The notes below the pieces were generated by a model. That model was not told where the DNA came from and ran no database searches. It saw only the letters and a program-made list of their open reading frames with translations. A stretch of 64,000 nucleotides of DNA, taken from Candidatus Latescibacterota bacterium. Lineage in GTDB: Bacteria > Latescibacterota > UBA2968 > SICM01. Below are positions 20,775 through 29,681 of the stretch, piece after piece (the stretch's first letter is position 1; the number at the start of each line of letters is the position of its first letter). The stretch covers positions 3,808,001 to 3,872,000 of the forward strand of contig CBDCJO010000002.1 of the NCBI GenBank assembly GCA_965217865.1, written 5' to 3'. Made by a program: the position numbers and the translations under genes.

Positions 20775-21110
20775 ATGGAGCAACTGTCCTCAAACAGTGA
20801 CCCGGTCAAGAAGCGCAGGAGCTTGTCCCCGGAACAGAAGTATGAGATTTTCCTTGAAGCCAGCCGGGGAGATGTTCCCATTGCACAGGTGCTGCGGAAA
20901 TGGGGCATTCATTCCTCGGATCTAAAGCGTATTCGTGAGTCGGTCAAGTCCGGGGCCCTCAAGGAGTTCAAGGGTCGCCGGAGCCGCAAGCCGATGGTAT
21001 CGGCTGAGGAGGTGGAGCAGCTGCGCAAAGAGCGGGCACGCCTGGAGCAAACGATCATTGAGCAATCTGTGGAACTTTCCCTGCTAAAAAAAAGTGTGAA
21101 TGGGATCTGA
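20775..21110 (+). CDS. IS3 OrfA (HTH + leucine zipper)
   Basis: RRSLSPEQKYEI..IAQVLRKWGI, EVEQLRKERARLE; A8G slippery site at 21086-21094. Confidence 0.88.
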   Translation: MEQLSSNSDPVKKRRSLSPEQKYEIFLEASRGDVPIAQVLRKWGIHSSDLKRIRESVKSGALKEFKGRRSRKPMVSAEEVEQLRKERARLEQTIIEQSVELSLLKKSVNGI

Positions 21111-21133
21111 CAGGCCCGATCAAGGGCCACCGG

Positions 21134-22165
21134 GTGCAAGCTGAGGTCAAACGCGAGATCCTCTTAATGGTCTATCGGGCCAAGGAGAAAGGGGTGAAAC
21201 TCACCCGTTCTTGCGAGATCCTACAGCTTCCCCTCCAGCGGTATTGTGCCTGGAGCCGGCGAGATCGAGAAGAGAAGCTGGATGGGGTGTCGGACCCGCT
21301 TTTGGATGGGAAGCCCGGGCCCGCCCCTGATGAGGCCCCACACGGATTGCTGAGGGAGGAGAAAGAGCAAATCCCGGCCCTCTTAAGGGATGAGACCTAT
21401 GCCGATCTGCCTCCCCATCAGCTGGCGGTGGTAGCCTCAGAGAAGGGGGTAGTGCAGGCCTCGGCCTCCAGCTTCTACCGACAGGCCAGGAAAGAACGTC
21501 TGGCACGCAGGAAACAGGTGAGGACGCCGGTCAAGCAGAGCAAGCCCCAGGTCAAACCTGAAGGTCCTAATCAGGTCTGGAGCTGGGACCTGACCTACAT
21601 CCCATTTTTCGGTTTGTTCCTGTATTTTACCGCCATTCTCGACGTGTATTCCAGGAAGATCGTAGGATGGAAGCTCTCCTTCAACGCGACCGTGGAGCAG
21701 GTCAAACAGGCCTGGGATCAAGCCCTTGCCAACGAAGGACTGCTGGACCTGGACACTGGGCCCATAAGCTTGACAGCCCTCTCAGATCACGGATCTCAGA
21801 TGAAGGCCAAATCGATGGCCCAATTCTTCAAGGACCTGGGCATCTCGCAGCTGTTTGCCCGATATCAAACACCCACGGACAACGCCTGGATCGAAGCCTT
21901 TTTCCGGACATTCAAATACGACTGGCTGCGCTTCCAGGACATCTTCACATTCCATCAACTGGAAGGCCTGATTGATTCCTTCATTCACAGCTACAACGCC
22001 GAACGCTATCACGGGGCAATACAGTATGTCACGCCTCTTCAGAGGCATAAAGGCCAGCATCAAAAGATTCTTCACCACCGACAAGGTCGAAAGGAGGAGG
22101 CTCGGCAGCGCCGCATAGAAATCAATCGGCAAAGAACATCCCAGACCATCCACAAGGCTGCCTGA
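21134..22165 (+). CDS. IS3 OrfB integrase core (rve; expressed as OrfAB by frameshift)
   Basis: PNQVWSWDLTY, ILDVYSRKIVGW, SDHGSQ, TDNAWIEAFFRTFK, YNAERYH. Confidence 0.92.
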   Translation: MQAEVKREILLMVYRAKEKGVKLTRSCEILQLPLQRYCAWSRRDREEKLDGVSDPLLDGKPGPAPDEAPHGLLREEKEQIPALLRDETYADLPPHQLAVVASEKGVVQASASSFYRQARKERLARRKQVRTPVKQSKPQVKPEGPNQVWSWDLTYIPFFGLFLYFTAILDVYSRKIVGWKLSFNATVEQVKQAWDQALANEGLLDLDTGPISLTALSDHGSQMKAKSMAQFFKDLGISQLFARYQTPTDNAWIEAFFRTFKYDWLRFQDIFTFHQLEGLIDSFIHSYNAERYHGAIQYVTPLQRHKGQHQKILHHRQGRKEEARQRRIEINRQRTSQTIHKAA

Positions 22166-22551
22166 ATCTTGCTTGGACCTTTATCTACTTTTCTCTTGTT
22201 ATCTCAGAATAGATACAAGATAGGCGCGGCACTTGTCGAGCGCCCGGCCAGCAAAGACATAGTCTGCGATCTTCTCCCTCGGGCTTCGCGGATATTCGGT
22301 GTTCAGATCCCTGGCAAGCCGGTTGAGCTTCTCGTGATCGATCTCAAATGGAAAGTCCATCTTCTCCAGCCGTTGAACAGACTTGTCTGGAACGGCCTGT
22401 TCGGAATGCACAGCAAACGTTGTCATGGTTCTGCCTTTCTTCTGTGGGATATGCTTTCCAGGAATCTGCAAAGGACGACTTCACGAAGCTTTTCAGCCCA
22501 TACCCATTTTCTACCTTTTCTGCTTTCTCCCATCGGATCTAAGCCTTCCCA

Positions 22552-23055
22552 TCAGTGATTGAACACGGTGACTTTAGGAACCAGATTGACGGGTAGAACC
22601 TTCAGTGTGTCCTCGTGTGGGGGCGATAGGATGCAATGGAGATCGACCCGCTCGTCCTCGCGCACTGGGACTTCCGACCCGTCAGGCGAAAAGATGGTCT
22701 GCTGGTGTCGGCCGACAGAGGCAAAGACCGACTCGCATCGATGGACCAATAACACGTTTGAACCTTCCGTCAGGAAGAGGCCCCTCCTTTCGTCCTGGTA
22801 GTCCTCCTCGAGGGTGTGCCGCTGGTAAACCAGGAACCAGTCACGGCCTATCTGGCCGTTCATCCACTGGTTCCACTGGTCCACGGCGCCATCACGGGCT
22901 ATAGTGGCTCCGGCCAGGGTGCTTTTTCCGATTTCTGGCACCCCCAGGTCGAAGGCGTAAGTGTAAAACTGCCATTCCTGGGTGATGCGCCATAGAAAAC
23001 GATAAAGATCGGCTTCGTCCGCAGGGTTCAGGAGCCGACTGAGTTGCTTAAACAC
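22552..23055 (-). CDS. hypothetical protein
   Basis: 167-aa ORF with RBS GAGGA before GTG and plausible composition; no family recognised. Confidence 0.6.
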   Translation of the reverse strand: MFKQLSRLLNPADEADLYRFLWRITQEWQFYTYAFDLGVPEIGKSTLAGATIARDGAVDQWNQWMNGQIGRDWFLVYQRHTLEEDYQDERRGLFLTEGSNVLLVHRCESVFASVGRHQQTIFSPDGSEVPVREDERVDLHCILSPPHEDTLKVLPVNLVPKVTVFNH

Positions 23056-23230
23056 GATATTTCCTCATGCCGTAATAGGTAGATATAATGACTGATTTGC
23101 GATGAGGCACCTTGCTCTTCTGACTTCCATATGACATAAGAACAATATTTATGCCAAAACAAAAAGCCACCCAGGAAATATCCCTAAGTGACGAAATATC
23201 AGCTAGAAATCCTTTTTATCAACAGTGCGC

Positions 23231-23428
23231 TACTGTCGTGTCCCGGAAATTCCTTCAATAATTTCTCGGATAGCGGTCTGTAAACCCTGAACGGAGCGAA
23301 GGATCTCTATGTCCCGAACTATCAGACAGTTGGTGCGTTCTTCGCTCGCTCGCTCTCGATCAAAATGACAGCCACCGCTACGTTTTTGGAGACTTTCTTT
23401 TGTAAGGAACTTCTGGGACACGACACTA
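23231..23428. mobile_element. ~200-bp MITE carrying a degenerate REP-like palindrome
   Basis: 25-bp terminal IR TACTGTCGTGTCCCGGAAATTCCTT / AAGGAACTTCTGGGACACGACACTA (22/25), TA at both ends; internal CCTGAACGGAGCGAAGGATCTC..TTCTTCGCTCGCTC..AATGACA. Confidence 0.8.
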
Positions 23429-23832
23429 CCTGATTCAAGGCATTGTCTTATTCACGTTATTTCGTGAGTTCCCCAATATATAATGAGTCCTAAGAGCTGA
23501 TAGGCGACTTTTATCTTTCAGATCGGCTGCCCCAAACCGGCATCGCAAGGTGATCACGTAGCCAGAATAGGACGGGGATTTAGGGGAATCTTATTCTTTA
23601 TCAGATAGTGGTCCCTCTCTTAGCCCTCTTTATCTTCTCTGTCGCACCAGTGGAAACGATAATGTTGTTGGGTTAGAAGATCTGAAGATAACGAATCACG
23701 GTTTTCGACTCGAAAATATTAGAAAAGTTCCTGTTGCTTACGGAACCGCTGTTGACGACGTAGTAAATCCTTTCAGCTTTTCGTGGTTTCATAAGCTACC
23801 CTACGAGGATTGATGAAAGGTTTGCCTTCCTA

Positions 23833-24935
23833 TCAATTTAATATCCAGTAAATACCCCCACTCAATGTCGCGGCAATGGGAAGGGTTAAAATCCAGGACA
23901 AAAGAATTTCCGACCCAACACGAACATTCCCTTTCTTTGTGGCAAGACCGATACCAAAGAGGGAACCAACAGATACGTGAGTTGTAGAAACAGGCATACC
24001 CAGCCGACTCGCAAAGATAACCAGCGCGCCGGTGAACCCTTGCCCATGATTGAGAGGCGTGATTTTGTGGCTCATCGTCTCAGCCACCTTTTTGGCGTTC
24101 AGCAGCCCGCCAGCGGCCATACCGATTGCTACGGCAACCACTCCCGATTGGACACCCAGTGCCTGGAGGGAAAGAAGGAGAGCTACAATTTTGGGAGTAT
24201 CATTCAGGCCCCGGGCAAAACTTACGATACCTGAGCTCAGGTAGTGAGCAAAATCCAAGGCTTTTTGAGTGTTAATTCCCAGCACTTTTCCTGTGTACAG
24301 CGGCATACAATTCTCTTTCGTATCCAAGATGGCATCGAACGTTTTCGTCCAATTGAGTGCGAGGGCAGAAGTCGGCTGGGGAATGGGAAACACATTCCCG
24401 GTTTCACCGACACAAACACACTGCTCTTTGGTAATTCCCATATGAATCCTGATGCCCCGAAACAGCAAATAACCTAAGGATCCCAGGATTACGGCAATCA
24501 ATGGGCTCGCTAAAAGGGGAAGGAAAAAAGAATTTCCTAAAATGCCAAAATTAACCTGTGTTCCAACAGCTGTAAGACCGACTCCCACAAGAGCGCCGGT
24601 CAGGCTGTGTGTCGTCGAGATGGGAAATCCTCTCAGAGTTGCAAAAATCACAGTGAGTCCGGCGCCTATTGCAACTGCCAGGAGAAAGTTTGGAGAGGCT
24701 GCCAGATCATCAGGCACAAATCCCTTCCCAGAGAAGCGAACGAAAAGGGACTTGGCCAAAACGATGGAGAATATCGACCCCGCAAAGGTCGTTATAGTTG
24801 CCCACCAAATTGCCATTCTGTAATTTGTAGTTTTACTCCCATATAGCGTTGCCACCCCTTTGAAATTATCATTCGCACCGTTCGAATAGGCCAAAAAAAG
24901 CAAGTCGCTAATACGATTATGATCCAAACCGTCAT
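23833..24935 (-). pseudogene. inorganic phosphate transporter (PiT/PHO4 family), 5' frameshift in a T7 run
   Basis: NGANDNFKGVATLYGS, GFPISTTH, ARGLND, GMPVSTTH. The RBS GGAGG and ATG at 24935 (MTVWIIIVLATCF) are out of frame with the body at 24893-24899. Confidence 0.85.
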
Positions 24936-25129
24936 TCAGCTACCTCCAACTGAATCACCCCCAGGAGGGAGGTTGGTTTCCCAACCCTCCAACTTTCGAA
25001 GTTGGGATTTGCCGGGAGACTTGCCTTCTGCTCAGAAAATCATCTCTCTTCCGAAACGAAAAGGCTTGAAGAGCATCGAAAATGGGTGAATTCACTGTGC
25101 CAAGAAGGGGAAAATAGGTTTCGGCCACG

Positions 25130-25234
25130 GTTTCTACCGCATTGAGCAGTATGCCGACTTCCTCATTGCTGAAGAGGTTTTCAATCAGCGTATAACTGGT
25201 GGAAGTCGAAGACTTTGTTTGGATCGAGGTGCAT
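25130..25234 (-). pseudogene. possible 5' remnant of a phytanoyl-CoA dioxygenase (PhyH)-like gene
   Basis: MHLDPNKVFDFH../YTLIENLFSNEEVGILL across a frameshift resembles PhyH N-termini; short and degraded. Confidence 0.25.
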
Positions 25235-25260
25235 GGGATATTCCTTCAACCGGTTTTTTT

Positions 25261-25962
25261 ACGTCATAAATAATTGCGCATATAAAATTGAGGATGGACA
25301 ATGGACGATTGACGATGGAAAAGACCGTGAGAAGGCAAAAGGCAGTAGCAAGTAAGGCCCTTCCGCCCATCCCCACCGGAATACAGAATATAGAAGAATA
25401 CCTAAATTCAACTCAGTCGGCAGGACGTGAGTGTTCCGTTCACCCCCACCGGAATACAGAATACAGAATACAAGAGTCAGAAGAAGACCTAAAAAAGCGA
25501 GGGGTCAGAGGCCAGGGACCCTTCCGCCCATCCCTACCGGAATACAGAATACAGAATACAGGAGTCAAAAAAGCCGCGAAACGTCAAACGTGTAAGTCCC
25601 TTCCACCCATCCCCACCGGAAGACAGAATACAGGAGTCAGAAGAAGACCTAAAAAAGCGAGGGGTCAGAGGCCAGAGGTCAGAGGTCAGGGAAAAGAAAA
25701 ACCGTGAAACGTGATACGGCAAAAAAAGGCAGTAGCAAGTAAGGCCCTTCCGCCCATCCCTACCGGAATACAGAATACAGAATACAGGAGTCAGAAGAAG
25801 ACCTAAAAAAGCGAGGGGTCAGAGGCCAGAGGTCAGAGACCCTTCCGCCCATCCCCACCGGAATACAGAATACAAAAGTCAGAAGAAAACCTAAATTCAG
25901 CTCAGTCTGCGAGCCCGTTGAAGCGAAAATCTACGGAACATATGCGCAATTACTTAAGACGT
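25261..25962. mobile_element. ~700-bp inverted-repeat-bounded non-coding element (MITE-like)
   Basis: Terminal IR ACGTCATAAATAATTGCGCATAT / ATATGCGCAATTACTTAAGACGT (21/23). Confidence 0.75.
25337..25908 (+). repeat. modular tandem repeat array (six ~33-bp cores plus reshuffled heptamer modules)
   Basis: Core CCCTTCCGCCCATCCC(C/T)ACCGGAATACAGAATA at ~25358, 25431 (variant), 25519, 25598, 25745, 25840; heptamers CAGAATA, GAGG(T/C)CA, AACGT(G/C)A. Confidence 0.92.
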
Positions 25963-26065
25963 TAACCCGTGGATCGTGGATCGGCCTTTCCTTGCCATTT
26001 TCAGTAATCCTGCCTCTTTCTCCTGCCACTGTCATCTGTCGCAGGCTCAATATAATCTTCAATCG

Positions 26066-27094
26066 TCAATGCCTCTCTGCGTATCCCTTCCTCAACAGCT
26101 CCCCGTTTAAAAACCGCCCGTTTCTCAGCGCATCTTCCGCCGTCCCTTTTCGGTGCAGATAAAACAGGTCCGCCAGATACCGGTCGTACTTGTCCGGCTT
26201 CGTCGTCGTGATTGCCACAGACGTATTTTCTGAAAGCGCTGACGCCACGAATGCCCTGGCCTGCTGGCCCTCCCTGGTCCGAAGTTCCGGCGTGTCGATC
26301 CCTCTCAGCCGCACCTTCTGGCGGCTCCACACCTGGAACCCGCAGTCCACGTCCAGCCATATGGTGTCCCCGTCGATTACACGCTCCACGTAGGCCCGGT
26401 AGGAATAAAAGGCCCGCCTGTGGCGAATTGTCCGAAGCCTGAAAACCGGTTCCCCGTCACCCGGACCCCGAACCGCCTCCGCGAAGGTGCCTTCTTGGGG
26501 ATTATCGAGCCGATCCAGCGGCCTTTTTAGAAGGATTCCGAACCCCAGATCCAGGCGGAGGCCCCTTCCCCCCGGAGTTTCTATCAGTCGGTAGGTCCAG
26601 GGCTGTCCCCGCTTGGCCCGGAGTCGTGCCACCGGACTCTGTTGCGGTTGCTTAAGGCTCTTTGGGGGGAGAGAACAAGCGTGGATCTGGGCGGCCAGTT
26701 CCCGGGTGCTCCAACCGTATCTATCTGCTTTCTGAGCAAGGAGATACCGTTCGTCATCAGACGGCAGTTTTATCAGTCTTCGGTAGTGCGTCCAGGTCAA
26801 TTTTGAACGCGCGTGCAGAATTGGAAACGACCGGTGAAACCGAAGAGATTCATACAAAATCCTCTCGCTGATCCCCACGTCCTTCGCCATCCTGGCAATC
26901 ACCTGATCTCCGTAACCAGCCTTGGCCTTGATGGCAAGCAAATGCGCCTGGATCAATCCCCCAACCTCCCAGTAGGTCCTGACCTTTTCCCGTTCCACTG
27001 CCTGACGAGCCCGTTCCTTCCCCGCACTTAGAACCTTTGCGACTTCATCGCGTAAGGCGGTGTAAGTATTTATGATAAGGGGGTTGGGGTTCAT
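26066..27094 (-). CDS. YhcG N-terminal (DUF1016_N) domain fused to staphylococcal-nuclease (thermonuclease) domain
   Basis: YWEVG..GYG..VI..MAKD, LTWTHYRRLI..ER..WSTREL; C-terminal VIDGDT, VRLRGIDTPE, DKYDRYLAD, LNGELLRKGYA. Start set at ATG 27094 (or 27112) because the longer ORF overlaps the nitrilase tail. Confidence 0.88.
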   Translation of the reverse strand: MNPNPLIINTYTALRDEVAKVLSAGKERARQAVEREKVRTYWEVGGLIQAHLLAIKAKAGYGDQVIARMAKDVGISERILYESLRFHRSFPILHARSKLTWTHYRRLIKLPSDDERYLLAQKADRYGWSTRELAAQIHACSLPPKSLKQPQQSPVARLRAKRGQPWTYRLIETPGGRGLRLDLGFGILLKRPLDRLDNPQEGTFAEAVRGPGDGEPVFRLRTIRHRRAFYSYRAYVERVIDGDTIWLDVDCGFQVWSRQKVRLRGIDTPELRTREGQQARAFVASALSENTSVAITTTKPDKYDRYLADLFYLHRKGTAEDALRNGRFLNGELLRKGYAERH

Positions 27095-27258
27095 CGACTG
27101 AATCCTCTTCATCTTAGTGGCGCGTACCGGAATTAGCCTTGGGTCCAACCCAATTGTGAACACGCGTTCACAATTGGAATCGTGCGGTACAACCGAAGCG
27201 CCTCGTTCATCTTTTTGGTTGCGGTTGAGTGGAAGCAAAGCCCGCGATAGGCTTGGAG

Positions 27259-28115
27259 TTACAACCCCTTCCTGTCCCGGGACCTTTTGTCTCTCACCGG
27301 CGTCCCGCTGTGATAGAACCCTCGCATACACCGGTTCCTCCAGTCTGCGGAGGCGTCGTACAACTTTTCCTTCGTGTCGATCGTGTTGATCAGGACGGCC
27401 GGTGCGGTCTCGCCTTGCTCACGATAACACCCTCGGCATTGAGGACGAAGCTTCCCCAGGCGTAGCGCCGGGTGCCATTGTTGGTGCTCATGGCGAAGTA
27501 GTTGCTGCCGGCCGCAGCCTGGAGGGTGGCTGGTACGGACATCGTGTAATGGTCATACTGCTTCAAGGTCATTCCCGCATTGTGGAAGGAGACGAGCATA
27601 AGCTGAACCCCCCGCTTCTTGTATTCACGGAAGAGCTCCGGGTAGCGGAAGTCGTGGCAGATGAGAAGGCCGCATTTGACGTCCCGCACCTTGAAAGTGA
27701 CAAAGGCCTCGCCCGGACTGTAGTGTTCTAAGTCGCCCCTCTTGTCGTCCTTCCCCGTACAGAACATCTTGTCATATCGATTCGCGAGCCTTCCCCGGTC
27801 GTCGATGACATAAAGCGAATTGTGAGGTTTATGGTTTCCGGAGAGTCTGTGGTTACAACCCACGACGGTCCACAGACGCAGCTCTCCCGCGAGCGACATG
27901 ATCCTGCGCATACAGTCGGTGACGCTGTCCCAGTCCGTATCCCGTGAAGACTTGAGCTCGCTGCCGAGATAGCCGGAGAGGCAGGCCTCTGAGAAGTGCA
28001 CCAGATGCGCGCCCTTCGCTTTCGCGTCCATCATCTGACGTGTGATGGCGCGCAGGTTCTTCTCGGGCGTTTTTTCGATGTGGAACTGGCAGGTCGCCAG
28101 GACGATTTTAGCCAT
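27259..28115 (-). CDS. carbon-nitrogen hydrolase (nitrilase superfamily); frameshift near 27397
   Basis: E-K-C triad: FSEA, YDK, LICHDFRYPEL. The C-terminus continues in the shifted frame as AVLINTIDTKEKLYDAS..RKGL*. Confidence 0.85.
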
Positions 28116-28154
28116 ACTGAGGGACCTCCCGAATCGGTGTAGTTGTGGTGAGAA

Positions 28155-29642
28155 TCAGCCCTCAATCTCCGATTCCCTCACAAGGGTTCGGATCGCATCC
28201 ACGAGTACGCGTGTCGCGATGCAGTCATCGTGATTGTATTCCAGAATCCTCTGGCGGACGGAACGATCCCGGCTCTGTGTCCAGCGGTGAAACCATTCGA
28301 TCGAAGCGGCTCCTGACGGATCCGGATCACGCCAGTGGAATCCCAGGTATGTGGCCAGAGTTTTGATCGAGAGATCACGGGTCGGCCATTCCATCTTCGA
28401 TCGAACCACATCGATGTAGAGATCGACGGTGGTGTTCGAGGCGAACAGCTCATCCACCTCGGATCTTCGTGCGACGTCCGGATGCTTGGCGGCGAGTCTC
28501 CGCCAAGCCGTTCTTTCATAAGGCGAGTAGTAGTAGATCGCGCTGGGTTGAACCCGTCGGATGTATTCCCAGGCCCGGGCAAAGGCCTCTCTCTCCTGAT
28601 CGATAGACTCGGATTCAGCGAAGCATTCTACGTAGTTTTCGGTCTCAGGATTTCCATCACGACGCTCGAGAAATCCGTGAAGATAGCAGATGTCCTTGAA
28701 CGGGTCTGTCTCCACATCGAAGAACAGCTCGAGATCCGGTGAAGGAAGTGCGAAAGGTGCAGTCAGGTAGGGTTTGGGATCGGGCTGGACCTGGAGCCGC
28801 GCACGGGCGTGAAACCGGCGAAGCACGTTAACCCCGAGCCCGGGCACCTCCAGGGTCGAGAGGTCTGCGGCGGCGAGTTCACGAACCGTTGAAACGATGG
28901 GCGAAAGGCGATCCCGGCGGGATCGACCGAGCTCCGGAATGAGGGTAAGGTCGTCCATCTCTACGACGCGCTCTGAGCAGAACGGACGCCAGTGACAGAG
29001 CTTACACTCACTGATGCAGGCGGGCTGTGTTTCAGCCTGATGGGTTACGATTCTCCGTGCTTCGGACAGGCAGTCCTGATAAGCGTCCCATAGGGAGGTC
29101 GGTGTTTTGGGCCCCCGGCGGGCTTCGAGATCGTAGGACACCTCGTTCCCGTGAATGTCCCATACGAAGGCCAGGCGACCGGCCGATTGACCGAGGCGCT
29201 CAAGGATATCACAGTAGAGCGCGAGCTGGACGCCGTAATGTTTCTTGGGCTTCCCGTCGGTGTCCTCACTCAACCCTTCGACTCCCGCTCCGCTCTTGAT
29301 ATCACCGGGTCCGTAGCCGTCTCCGATCCGCCGCAGAAGATCGGGCTCGCCAAGGAGATCGTCCGCCCGGATCCGTCCCCCGTAAATCAAAGGCTCCCCC
29401 GCGGCTATTCGTTCAATCGTCAGGCGTTCACGGTCCTGGTTCGAAAAGGGTCTGAGGTTTACAAAGGGGATTTCCAGGTTATCAATGACCTGCTGTTCGA
29501 AGGCATTCCCCCTCTCCCAGAGAAGCTGGACAAATGGACTTATTGGGATGCGGTTTGCCGGGTCCTGGGTTAGATCCAGGGTCACGCGATGCGGGCATTG
29601 TATCAGATCGTAGAGCATGGAGGCGGTGATCGGATTGCCCAT
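28155..29642 (-). CDS. TM0106-family RecB/Cas4-like nuclease with C-terminal RNase H-like (DEDD) domain
   Basis: QCPHR, GEPDLL..DIKS, QLALY, CKLCHWRPFC, HhH LIPELG, FFDVET, YNHDDC. Confidence 0.9.
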   Translation of the reverse strand: MGNPITASMLYDLIQCPHRVTLDLTQDPANRIPISPFVQLLWERGNAFEQQVIDNLEIPFVNLRPFSNQDRERLTIERIAAGEPLIYGGRIRADDLLGEPDLLRRIGDGYGPGDIKSGAGVEGLSEDTDGKPKKHYGVQLALYCDILERLGQSAGRLAFVWDIHGNEVSYDLEARRGPKTPTSLWDAYQDCLSEARRIVTHQAETQPACISECKLCHWRPFCSERVVEMDDLTLIPELGRSRRDRLSPIVSTVRELAAADLSTLEVPGLGVNVLRRFHARARLQVQPDPKPYLTAPFALPSPDLELFFDVETDPFKDICYLHGFLERRDGNPETENYVECFAESESIDQEREAFARAWEYIRRVQPSAIYYYSPYERTAWRRLAAKHPDVARRSEVDELFASNTTVDLYIDVVRSKMEWPTRDLSIKTLATYLGFHWRDPDPSGAASIEWFHRWTQSRDRSVRQRILEYNHDDCIATRVLVDAIRTLVRESEIEG

Positions 29643-29681
29643 TTTGGAGAGTCCTTAAAGATCACTCTACCGGGAGATGGA

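Larger units (their letters stand above)
20653..22217 (+). mobile_element. IS3-family insertion sequence
   Basis: AGAT target duplication (20649-20652 / 22218-22221), imperfect IR ending TCTGAGAT, orfA/orfB arrangement. Confidence 0.9.
20321..22471 (-). pseudogene. DUF5069-domain protein interrupted by IS3-family element
   Basis: ..RDLNTEYPRSPREKIADYVFAGRALDKCRAYL | AGALGDYEFNCKLDRRFFDF.. joins across the IS. Confidence 0.85.

Noticed and set aside
20653-20908. N-terminal half of the 195-aa minus ORF (20321-20908)
   Set aside because: Read-through into IS3 sequence; the true N-terminus lies beyond the IS at 22218-22471.
25288-25707. 139-aa ORF across the repeat array
   Set aside because: The low-complexity translation (EYRIQNT, RGQRPEVRGQ) is a by-product of heptamer repeats; TTG start with no clear RBS.
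25337-25908. CRISPR array
   Set aside because: Spacers are reused modules of unequal length, repeats are not palindromic, and no cas1/cas2 or effector genes are in the window.
27095-27331. N-terminal extension of the 421-aa nuclease ORF
   Set aside because: It overlaps the frameshifted nitrilase C-terminus and the spacer; domain-like sequence starts only near 27094.
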